A stretch of DNA of 62,444 nt, from the IMG/VR virus record IMGVR_UViG_3300043640_000318, positions 1-62,444 of that record. One strand, written 5' to 3'. The notes below the pieces were generated by a model, which worked only from the letters and a program-made list of their open reading frames with translations, was not told the DNA's origin and did no database searches. The stretch comes from a virus. Taxonomy: Duplodnaviria; Caudoviricetes. Below are positions 54,409-62,444 of the stretch, in pieces. How positions within the stretch are numbered: position 1 is the stretch's first letter; every line of letters begins with the position of its first letter. The position numbers were made by a program, and so were the translations under genes.

Positions 54409-55122
54409 TCAGAGCGGCCAGAGTCGTCCCTTGGCTCCAGCCTTGATCACTACCGTAGAAGTATTGTCGTTACTACCAAACTGCGGCTGGAGGGTTCCGC
54501 TAGCTGTGGTCGTCACAGTGCCGAATATACGACACAGGTAAACGGTCGTCGCTGAACCCGAGTTCACCGCTCCGGTAAAACTATTAGCGAATGTACTCTT
54601 AGGCACGATGTTAATCGTACTCGCAGTAGCCTGATGATGGATAAAATAGGTAAGCTGCGAGTTAGTCGGACCATTAAGTGCAACGACCAGAGCATTAGAC
54701 GTTGCGCCACCGACATAAGGAAGCAAAAAATCAAATTCGAAGGTTCCTACGGGAATAGCAAGCCCAAGTCCCGTAACATCGGCCAGTGCTGATAGAGCCC
54801 TTGTCCGATCCGCCGAAACGAATGACGTGACGCTGTTCTTACCTTCGAGCGTCGTCACCCGGCCCGCCAGCGTGGTCCCGGCGGAAGACGAGTAGGCACT
54901 GACGTCCGAGGCGGCCAGCACCACGACGCCCGTCTGCCCGTTGACCGAGTCGACCGGCCCGCCACCCTCGACGACGCTGGAGAAGAGCACAGCGGCGACG
55001 GAAGGATTGATCACGCTGTACTGGTCCTCACTGAGGACCGCGACACCACCTGCCGAATAGGTGCCGCCGTTGGGCAGCACGATGTTCGACAGGCCGCTGG
55101 CGATCGTCACAGTGAATGACAC
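54409..55122 (-). CDS. short fibre/decoration protein
   Basis: VDSVNGQTGVVVLAASDV repeat, RVTTLE coil, AT-rich C-terminal beta domain. Confidence 0.7.
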   Translation of the reverse strand: MSFTVTIASGLSNIVLPNGGTYSAGGVAVLSEDQYSVINPSVAAVLFSSVVEGGGPVDSVNGQTGVVVLAASDVSAYSSSAGTTLAGRVTTLEGKNSVTSFVSADRTRALSALADVTGLGLAIPVGTFEFDFLLPYVGGATSNALVVALNGPTNSQLTYFIHHQATASTINIVPKSTFANSFTGAVNSGSATTVYLCRIFGTVTTTASGTLQPQFGSNDNTSTVVIKAGAKGRLWPL

Positions 55123-55159
55123 GCGTGCTCTTCCCTCAGGGTGGCGGGACGGTTGCGGC

Positions 55160-58100
55160 TCAGATCAGTGCGTCGGCCAGATCGTCCATGCCCACGGGCT
55201 GGGAATAGGTGGCCGCGATGACCGGCTCCGGAGCGAGGCTGGGGACGGTCCGCTGCACACCGGGAGCCGCACCCGCAGAACGAGGCACCAGGTTGGACGG
55301 ACGGCCCTGACGGCCAGCGTTCGCCCGGGTGACCATCGCGAGGGTGTTGATCTCGTGAGCGATCATTTCGTTGGACAGAGCGCGGTCGGTCTCGATCTGA
55401 GCCGCCACAGCCAGCTCGTCACCGCGCTGCATGCCCGCCGTGATGCGCAGCTTGGCCAGCCGGATGGAGGCCATGGTGCGGTTGGCCGACACGGCCTCCT
55501 GCTGCTGGGCGGAGCTCATGGTCCAGGGGAAGGCGGTGCCGTCGTTACCGGCGCCGCCCACACCCGGGCCGGAGGCCTTCAGCGGGTCGGGGTCCACCCG
55601 GACGTCGGTCTCGATCCGGGTCTGGTTGAGCGGAAGCTGGGTCTCGGTGCCCGCCGTCGGCGCGGTGACGTCGATCAGGTTGGTCGCCGGTGGGGTGTCG
55701 AGCACCTCTCCGGGAGCCAGCGGGGTCGTGGTCAGTTCGGCCGGGACGCCCTGGACGCTGCCAGGGGTCTCGCCCGGGTTCTGGACGTTGTCATTGGTCG
55801 CCGACTGAAGAGCCTGCTCGGTGCTCTCTGGAGCGGGCGCAGAACCCGGGTCGGGGATCGGCGAGGCCGGGTTGTTGAGGTCGGCCCGGCGGCGGATCTC
55901 CTGGAACTGCGGCGCCACACCCGCCAGCTGGGCGAGGTAGGCGTTCTGCTGCTCCAGAACGGCGACCTTTTGAGTCAGGGCCGCCACGGCAGCCTCGGTG
56001 GCCTTGCTCATCTTGGGGTCCTTCCGCCGGGGATCTTCTTCATCGTTGTCAAGCTCTCGATCCTTCTTCGTGTCGGCGCCGGGCGGCACAGCATCATCGC
56101 CGTCCTCGGTCTCTTCGGGGACCTGCTCATCGCCGCCCGGGTCCTGGTCTCCATCGCCCTGAGGCACCATGGGGCCGCCCGAGGGGTCCTCCTCCTCGCC
56201 CTCCATGGGCAGGCCGGTCTGAGAGGGATCCTCCTGGCCTTGCAGCGGGTCCTGAGCCGGGTCCATACCCTGGCCCTCCATGGCCTCCATGTCGCCCTGT
56301 GAGAGCAGCGTGGCCTGACCGCAGTTCGGGCATGGGGCGCCCTCTTCCGGGCCCGCAGCGTTGGGCTGAGCCGTGTCCGTGCCCACTGCCACGGGCTGGC
56401 CCGCGTCGAAGGCACTGCCACATGCCGGGCAGAACAGGTCGGGCACGCCGTCCTCGGGTGTTCCCGGGCCCTGCTCGATGCCGTTGGGCGTGAGCTGGTC
56501 CGGGTGCGCGAGCTGGTCCCCGGCGGTGTCCATCGGGTTGCCCTGCGCGTCGAGCTGGGACGGGTCGATCAAACCGCCACCGGGGATGTTCGGGTCGGCC
56601 TGGCCGGGCCCGAAGTCGGCGTTGGGGTTCTGGTCCTGGCGCAGGTCAACGGACTTGGCCATGTCCAGGTCGGGGTCACGGAACATGCTCGGCGGGGCGA
56701 TGAACCCGCAGACCGGGCAGCGCTCGCCGTCATAGACCTCGGACTCGGAGCAGACCGGGCACTCCTCCTCGCGCAGGGTGTTGACCTGCTCGGGCGCCTT
56801 GACCTCGTTGAGCGCCTGCCTGCGAAGCCCTGCGGCGTGCGGGGACTTGTGGTGCAGGTTCTCCGGGTCGATGTCGGGCATCCGCTCCTTGGCGTGGTCC
56901 TCCCACTTGCGCCACTGGTTGCGCTCCATGGTGGTGCGCCCCTTGGCACCCGGGGAGGCATCTCCGGCGTCGAGGGCCCCGTTGCGCTTCTGCTGCTGCA
57001 ACCAGGTGACGGCCTGCACCTGATGCGGGGCGATGTCGTAACCGTGGTGGTGGCTGAGCACCGCTGCTGCCGCCCGGTACTTGTCGGCCACATGGTCGTA
57101 GTACTTACGGCTGGCCAGCGGGGCCTTCTCCAGCTCCGCGTCGGTCATCCGGCGGCCGACCGCCACCGAGAGGGCATGACGGTCAACGACCACCCGGGTG
57201 TGCCCTGAGTCGTCGTCCCCGCCGTGCTCGATCAGGTGCGCGAAGTCGCTGATCTTCGGGGTCTTGAAGACGTTTGAGTGATGCTCACCGTCGATGATCT
57301 TCTGGGCGCTGCGAGCATGCTGGCCCATGATCCCGGCGCCCTCACCCGGCTGGACCGCTCGATCGTCCTGGAGCGAGCGAGAGGCGTTGAACAGGTTCAG
57401 CGGCCATGAGGTGCGCGGGCTGTAGGCGGCCAGCACTCCGGCGCCCTTGGCGGCGTGCTCGTCTTTGCCACCGGCCAGGCTCTTGGCGATGTGGTGCGCG
57501 TCGGAGTACCAGCGCATCCCCTGCTTCTTGGTCGGCTCATCGGCCTCATTGAAGGCCTTGATGATGTGCTCGGCCTTGGGCTTGTTCTTCAGGAAGAACG
57601 GGTGCTCTTCGGGGGTCTTGTAGACCACGGCCTCGGTGTCGAGAGAGGCCAGCCGGTTCCTCTGCTTATAGCGGCGGATCCGGGGGTCGTTGCCCTCCAG
57701 GTACCTGCGGGAATCCGTCTCGGTGTCGTCATGCCAGTCGTGCAGGATCTGCTTCAGGTGCTCGTGCCCGAAGCCGCTCGGCGGTCGGATGTGATGACCG
57801 AGACCACCACTGCCGGAGCCGTAGGTGTCCTCGCCGATGTCGTACATGTCGTGGGACTCGTCAGGTGTGGCCTCATGACGGATCTCGGCGTTGGGCCCGT
57901 CGGCGTAGTGGCGGATCTGCCAGCCGGTCTTCTTGCCCTGAGGGTTGTGATGGTCGATCTCGTAGTAAGGGTCACCGCCCTCGTCGAAGTCGAACTTGCC
58001 GTCATGGCCCTCATAGCGCCTGTGAAGGTCCATCATGCCTTCGTTGCCCTGATGGATCCGGTAGCCCTCCTCGCCCCCGTGGGGCTCGTACAGAGGCGCC

Positions 58101-60304
58101 ATGAGGGCATCAGCGAGGCCCTTGGCCTTCTCGTGCGTGATGTCCCGGTGACCCTCCTCGGCACTGGGCATGCCGAGGCCCTTCTGGATCTCCTCGTCGC
58201 TCAGCTCTGCCCGCTTGCTCAGGGACTGCGGAGCCGAGTGGATCATCGGCCTGGTCTTGGGGATGCCGGGGCGGTGCTCGGGTCGGTTCACGAAGCCTTC
58301 CTGGGTCGGGCTGGTGTAGACGCCTTGCTCGTGCTGGCAGCCCTGGCACAGCCCGATCGGCACGGAACCGGCGTCATAGCGGCGCCGCTCACGAGAACCC
58401 ATGTTCGTGCCGCAGCTCTGGCAGGAGCCGTTCTCCCAGGGATGGTGCTCGCCGATGCCCGGCTCGCTGATCCAGCCGGTGGCCTGGCCGTTGCGGTCCG
58501 TCGGGAAGTACTGCGGGTCAGTGGGAGGAGCCCCCTCCGGCCGATCGCTCCAGGGGATGAACTCCTCGGCCGCCTGACGCCGGGTGGAATGGACGTGGAA
58601 GTTCCTGAACGTCTTGTATTTGTGCAGGTTGTCATGGACGGTGTCCATGTAGTCGCCCTCGCGCGCCATCTCCAGTGAGCTCGGCAGCATGCTGCCGTGG
58701 TCGTGGGTCAGGTGGTCGAACATGTCGGTGTGGTGTGGGGCGGGCAACGAGGTGTTCGTCGCGCTGTCTCCAGGAGCGTCGAACAACGGACGCTGGCCTG
58801 GCGTCACCACCGGCTCGGCGTCGACCTTCTGCGCCCATCCCATCCCAGAGGGGGTCTGCACATCGGAATGCCGGGGCGCGATGATGCCGTGCTCGTTGGC
58901 GATCTCATGGGCCCGCTGCCACAGAGCGGATGCGATCCCCTGGCCTCCATGCTCGGAGTCGGTCCTCACCATGCCGACCATGCCGTTGTGGGGATACCAC
59001 TCCAGGTAGCCGACGTCGTGGGGACCATCGGCTGAGGGCAGCGTCGCCCTGATGTGGTGGCTGCCCGAGGGGTGGTGCTCGGCGGGCATGAAGTGGAACC
59101 GGATGCCTTCCGGCACGGCCTCTTTGAGCATGCTCAGATGACGAGGGTCTATCGGGCCCTGTGGAAGCTCCATGGGCTTCGACCGCTGGAGCATCAGCTC
59201 CTGGCGCTTACGCGTCTGCTCCGGCGTGCGGGGGACGTCCCCGATGGGATTGAAGTTCTTCATCCTCTCCTGGCGCATACGCTCATGCATCATGCGAGAA
59301 GGAGAATCAGTATCGTAATAGCCGCCGAGCGCGTCTTCTGTCTCGTTCGGGGTCACCTTCTTGAAAAGGTCGCGCTGTTCTCCACGCCCCTTGGTGAATT
59401 CCTCGCCCTTTATCTTGTGGAACTGCCGGGCATCGAGGTTCTCCTGATAGGACCTCGTCGCGTCGAAAGTGTCCCCGCAGTCCTGACAGATCCCGAGGTT
59501 ACCGAGGCCCTGCATGTAATGGCCGGTCTGAGGGTCATCGGCTTCAGGGCTGTCACTCGCTCCGAAATTGGTACTGCCACAGGAAGGGCACGCCGCATCG
59601 GGATGCGTCTCGGCGGTCTTCCTCACCGCCGTCTTCATCCCCCGGTCATCGACACCGGTGAAGACGGCGGTGGGGTCGGCGGGCTCCTCGACCAGCAGGG
59701 AATTCTCGAAGAACGACAGGCCGTGGCAGATCTCCCGGATCAGCGTGCCCTCACGCTTGCCCGAGGCGGTGTGCTTGTAGAGGTAGCGACCCTTCATCGC
59801 CGGGATGTGCTGGCAGTACTCGGCCGGGTTGGTGGCCTTGTTACCGCAGGCCGAGCAGACGGAGAACTTGACGTCGCAGCCCATCGAGGTCCGGTCGATA
59901 CGCTTCTTGATGATCGCCTCGGCCAGCTTGGGAAAGCGGACGGCATCGACCTCCATGAGGCCCTCGACCCACAGGTCCGGTGAACCGTCGGGGTTGCGGT
60001 CCTCGTGGACGGCGGCATCGATGATGACGCCCCGGGCCCGCTTGTGATCATCGTTGTGGTGGTTGACGAACACCGGCTTGCCGATGAAGGTCCTCCAGCC
60101 CGCCCTGATCTCCTCGGCCGGGAACTCATCGTGATTGTCGTTGCACCGGCTGGAGATCATCCGGGAGCGCACATAGAGATATCCCGGACGGGGGTCGTAG
60201 TCGAAGTCGACGCGGTGAGCGGCCTTGCGCAGGTCTCGCTTGCCAGCGCGCGACGGCACCCGGTACGCGTCGAGCACTAGAGCTGATGCGAACTTCCTGA
60301 GCAT
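55160..60304 (-). CDS. prohead protease-scaffold polyprotein with inserted domains
   Basis: N-terminal SSRCNDNHDEF, FIGKPVFVNHHN, TSMGC, CSACGN, FFENSLLVEEPADPTA; acidic Pro-rich scaffold-like C-terminus; upstream of capsid genes. Confidence 0.85.
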   Translation of the reverse strand: MLRKFASALVLDAYRVPSRAGKRDLRKAAHRVDFDYDPRPGYLYVRSRMISSRCNDNHDEFPAEEIRAGWRTFIGKPVFVNHHNDDHKRARGVIIDAAVHEDRNPDGSPDLWVEGLMEVDAVRFPKLAEAIIKKRIDRTSMGCDVKFSVCSACGNKATNPAEYCQHIPAMKGRYLYKHTASGKREGTLIREICHGLSFFENSLLVEEPADPTAVFTGVDDRGMKTAVRKTAETHPDAACPSCGSTNFGASDSPEADDPQTGHYMQGLGNLGICQDCGDTFDATRSYQENLDARQFHKIKGEEFTKGRGEQRDLFKKVTPNETEDALGGYYDTDSPSRMMHERMRQERMKNFNPIGDVPRTPEQTRKRQELMLQRSKPMELPQGPIDPRHLSMLKEAVPEGIRFHFMPAEHHPSGSHHIRATLPSADGPHDVGYLEWYPHNGMVGMVRTDSEHGGQGIASALWQRAHEIANEHGIIAPRHSDVQTPSGMGWAQKVDAEPVVTPGQRPLFDAPGDSATNTSLPAPHHTDMFDHLTHDHGSMLPSSLEMAREGDYMDTVHDNLHKYKTFRNFHVHSTRRQAAEEFIPWSDRPEGAPPTDPQYFPTDRNGQATGWISEPGIGEHHPWENGSCQSCGTNMGSRERRRYDAGSVPIGLCQGCQHEQGVYTSPTQEGFVNRPEHRPGIPKTRPMIHSAPQSLSKRAELSDEEIQKGLGMPSAEEGHRDITHEKAKGLADALMAPLYEPHGGEEGYRIHQGNEGMMDLHRRYEGHDGKFDFDEGGDPYYEIDHHNPQGKKTGWQIRHYADGPNAEIRHEATPDESHDMYDIGEDTYGSGSGGLGHHIRPPSGFGHEHLKQILHDWHDDTETDSRRYLEGNDPRIRRYKQRNRLASLDTEAVVYKTPEEHPFFLKNKPKAEHIIKAFNEADEPTKKQGMRWYSDAHHIAKSLAGGKDEHAAKGAGVLAAYSPRTSWPLNLFNASRSLQDDRAVQPGEGAGIMGQHARSAQKIIDGEHHSNVFKTPKISDFAHLIEHGGDDDSGHTRVVVDRHALSVAVGRRMTDAELEKAPLASRKYYDHVADKYRAAAAVLSHHHGYDIAPHQVQAVTWLQQQKRNGALDAGDASPGAKGRTTMERNQWRKWEDHAKERMPDIDPENLHHKSPHAAGLRRQALNEVKAPEQVNTLREEECPVCSESEVYDGERCPVCGFIAPPSMFRDPDLDMAKSVDLRQDQNPNADFGPGQADPNIPGGGLIDPSQLDAQGNPMDTAGDQLAHPDQLTPNGIEQGPGTPEDGVPDLFCPACGSAFDAGQPVAVGTDTAQPNAAGPEEGAPCPNCGQATLLSQGDMEAMEGQGMDPAQDPLQGQEDPSQTGLPMEGEEEDPSGGPMVPQGDGDQDPGGDEQVPEETEDGDDAVPPGADTKKDRELDNDEEDPRRKDPKMSKATEAAVAALTQKVAVLEQQNAYLAQLAGVAPQFQEIRRRADLNNPASPIPDPGSAPAPESTEQALQSATNDNVQNPGETPGSVQGVPAELTTTPLAPGEVLDTPPATNLIDVTAPTAGTETQLPLNQTRIETDVRVDPDPLKASGPGVGGAGNDGTAFPWTMSSAQQQEAVSANRTMASIRLAKLRITAGMQRGDELAVAAQIETDRALSNEMIAHEINTLAMVTRANAGRQGRPSNLVPRSAGAAPGVQRTVPSLAPEPVIAATYSQPVGMDDLADALI

Positions 60305-60322
60305 CGGCGGTCCCCTCTCTCG

Positions 60323-60348
60323 TCTACACCTTCTTGGCGAGAGAGGGG
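60323..60348 (-). promoter_or_regulatory. putative late promoter
   Basis: CCCCTCTC-N7-GAAGGTGTAGA upstream of a separate RBS GAGAGAGGGG. Confidence 0.55.
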
Positions 60349-60352
60349 TTCC

Positions 60353-60607
60353 TCACAGGGAGGACCGCGACATCAGACCCAGCCGGGCCAGCCAGGGGCG
60401 AGGTGGCTCGAACTCGCGGCTCACATCCGAGCTGGAGCCGTCCTGACGCATGCGGATGACCTTCTCCCCCACCTGGAAGCGGTGGGCCACATAGTCGTGC
60501 GCCAGTTCAGGGCTCACGCCGCGCAGAGGGGTGTTCCAGCCTTCGGTGACGGTGTAGGTGTTGCACTGATCCTGGACGAGCCCCCAATGAGGGGTCCGGC
60601 CTGCCAT
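60353..60607 (-). CDS. hypothetical protein
   Basis: Start MAGRTPHW after GGAGGT. Confidence 0.6.
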   Translation of the reverse strand: MAGRTPHWGLVQDQCNTYTVTEGWNTPLRGVSPELAHDYVAHRFQVGEKVIRMRQDGSSSDVSREFEPPRPWLARLGLMSRSSL

Positions 60608-60736
60608 TTCTATCCATACCTCCTGCGGCAGGACATGCCTATAACCCGCCGATAAGGCGGTCGATAACCGGATGAGATCCCAGTCTATCCCCGGCCTGGC
60701 AGGCGATCCAGACGCCGCACGGTAGTTATGGACGGC

Positions 60737-60771
60737 AGAGCGGGCGCCCACCAGCTCTGGGCGCCCGCTCT
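60737..60771. terminator. terminator-like hairpin
   Basis: AGAGCGGGCGCCCA/TGGGCGCCCGCTCT 14-bp stem. Confidence 0.55.
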
Positions 60772-60782
60772 TGGGTACTGCG

Positions 60783-60938
60783 TCAGTCGTCGCTGCCGAC
60801 CTCGTCCTCGACCACGTCGAGGTGGATTCCCTTCTCACACAGGTCTCCGAGGCTGAGCACCTGGATCCTCTCGATCCGGGAGTGGATCACGAGGGCCACG
60901 GCAGCCATGGCTGCGGCGATCAGGAGGGCCTTCTTCAT
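60783..60938 (-). CDS. 51-aa protein with signal/anchor-like N-terminus
   Basis: Not in track; MKKALLIAAAMAAVALVIH... after AAGGA. Confidence 0.6.
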   Translation of the reverse strand: MKKALLIAAAMAAVALVIHSRIERIQVLSLGDLCEKGIHLDVVEDEVGSDD

Positions 60939-61016
60939 ACGGATTCCTTATCTTTTTATTCTTCGGAGTGGAGCCGGACGTCCCAGCTCCACATGGCATC
61001 CTCGATGGTCTTGCAG

Positions 61017-61358
61017 TCAAACACCCGTCACAGGGTTGTAGTAGTAAGGGCCGGTGCCGTCCATGAGCATCGGGGTGATGCCGAAGCCCTGCATGCGCAC
61101 AGCCTCCCCGGGGTCACCGGCGTAGTCCCAGCCCTGGGCGACACGGACCTCGTCCTTCACGTGGGAGTGCCCCTTCTCGCAGAAGAAACCGTCGTCGTCG
61201 TAGACGGCGTCGGCGCCGCAGTCACGAGCCTGGGGGCCGTCCTCGGTGTCCACCAGCACCAGCCAGGTGCAGGCGTGCAGGTTGCCCTGGTGGCAGGCAC
61301 GGCCCTGGAAGGCGTAGTTGTGGGTGTGGTCCTTCTTGACTCCGCAGAAGAATGCCAT
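61017..61358 (-). CDS. Cys/His-rich hypothetical protein
   Basis: Start MAFFCG after GAAGGG; CGA......FFCEKGHSH, GWDYA. Confidence 0.65.
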   Translation of the reverse strand: MAFFCGVKKDHTHNYAFQGRACHQGNLHACTWLVLVDTEDGPQARDCGADAVYDDDGFFCEKGHSHVKDEVRVAQGWDYAGDPGEAVRMQGFGITPMLMDGTGPYYYNPVTGV

Positions 61359-61428
61359 CGTCTTGCCCTTCTGGTCTGGTGTTCGAGGGGGTGGCGGCGG
61401 CCGGTGGGGGCCGCCGCCCAAACGGGTC

Positions 61429-62444
61429 TCACATGTTGATGCAGTCGGGGCCGTAGCCGTTGTGCATGCTGGCCGGGACGGTGAGGGGCCGACCGCAGCG
61501 GAAGCAGCTGACCGAGACCTCGAAGGTGGCGCCCTCCTCGGCGTCCGGCGCTCCCAGCATCACCTTGCAGGCCTTCGCGAGGTCGGCGTTGTCGGCGAAC
61601 TTCCTCCAGATCTTGACGGTGCCACCGTGGACCTCACCGAAGCCGGTGTAGTCGCTGGTGTTGTCGGGGCCCGAGAGGAACTTGACCAGCTGTACTCCGG
61701 GGCGGAACCGAGCGTCGGCCTTCTGGGTCCGCAGCTTGAGGGTCTTGTAGCTGCCGTCCGCGAAGGTGACGGTGTAGGTCCCGTCGTAGATGACCTCCGG
61801 CGAACCCTCGACCATGGTCTCCGTCTTGGTCTCGACCTTGGCGGCGGGGGTCTTGGCCTTGCGGGGGGTGTTCTCATCGAAGATGACGTCGAGCGCCTTG
61901 TGGGCCTCGTCGAAGGTGATGGGCTCTCCGGCGACCGCCTTGGCGATGGTGGCCTCGGTGGCGGCGTCGACCTCGCGGGCCGGGCCCCACTTGGCGATGT
62001 TGGTGACCTGCTTGTCAGTGGCGGGCCGGGCCGAGGTGGCGCCAGTCTTGAGGGGCATCGCGGTCAGCCAGTCGATGAGCTCGCTGGCGGCCTTGCTGCC
62101 GATCGTGCCCGCCTCGTAGGTCTTGATGGCTCCGAAGAGACCGAAGTTGACCTTGGAGAGGTCCCGCTTGGCGATCTCCCGGGCGATCCGGCCGAGCTGG
62201 GGAGGAGTGGCCGGGCGAACCTCCCGGCGAGCGCCGGGAGCGTTCTTCAGCTGGTCGATGATCTTGGCCTTGACCAGCTCCTCGGAGATGGTGACGTCGC
62301 CGTCCTGGACACCCTCGCCCTGCTCCGGCTCGTTCTGCCCCGCCAGCATGTCCTGGTACTTGAGAGCGGTGGCGGTGCCCGGGTACTGGGCGATGACGTC
62401 CCGCATCATCTTGATCTGGAAGGGGCTGTAACCGCTGCGGATTC
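61429..62444 (-). CDS. DUF6011-like Zn-ribbon protein (5' end beyond window)
   Basis: RPATPPQL/RPATDKQV repeats; FLSGPDNTSDY; CFRCGRPLTVPASMHNGYGPDC; frame open to right edge. Confidence 0.75.
   Translation of the reverse strand, partial: IRSGYSPFQIKMMRDVIAQYPGTATALKYQDMLAGQNEPEQGEGVQDGDVTISEELVKAKIIDQLKNAPGARREVRPATPPQLGRIAREIAKRDLSKVNFGLFGAIKTYEAGTIGSKAASELIDWLTAMPLKTGATSARPATDKQVTNIAKWGPAREVDAATEATIAKAVAGEPITFDEAHKALDVIFDENTPRKAKTPAAKVETKTETMVEGSPEVIYDGTYTVTFADGSYKTLKLRTQKADARFRPGVQLVKFLSGPDNTSDYTGFGEVHGGTVKIWRKFADNADLAKACKVMLGAPDAEEGATFEVSVSCFRCGRPLTVPASMHNGYGPDCINM

Noticed and set aside
55160-60304. Intein explaining the size of the protease gene
   Set aside because: No C/S...HN splice junctions or LAGLIDADG motifs seen

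Overview
62-kb segment of a large, GC-rich actinobacteriophage with a contractile tail. Gene content and order resemble Bxz1/cluster C-like myoviruses; a Streptomycetaceae-like host is inferred. Most genes are on the minus strand: a 1714-aa prohead protease/scaffold polyprotein, major capsid, neck, sheath, tube, frameshifting tail chaperone, tape-measure-like, baseplate and fibre genes, an amidase endolysin, a DinG helicase and a 5'-3' exonuclease. There are two plus-strand islands. (i) An SNF2-type helicase operon is followed by a ~2.1-kb RNA cluster: 7 canonical tRNAs interleaved with 4 tRNA-shaped RNAs that lack a normal anticodon loop, a double T-loop RNA and many helix-closed domains. (ii) A promoter drives a tandem array of four Y-RNA-like genes into a Ro60/TROVE gene whose RBS lies inside a terminator-like hairpin; nearby is an orphan FxSxx-COOH RiPP-precursor-like peptide. 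The candidate undescribed system is this phage RNA-mimicry/counter-defence toolkit. All calls come from reading motifs by eye; no database search or folding program was run.
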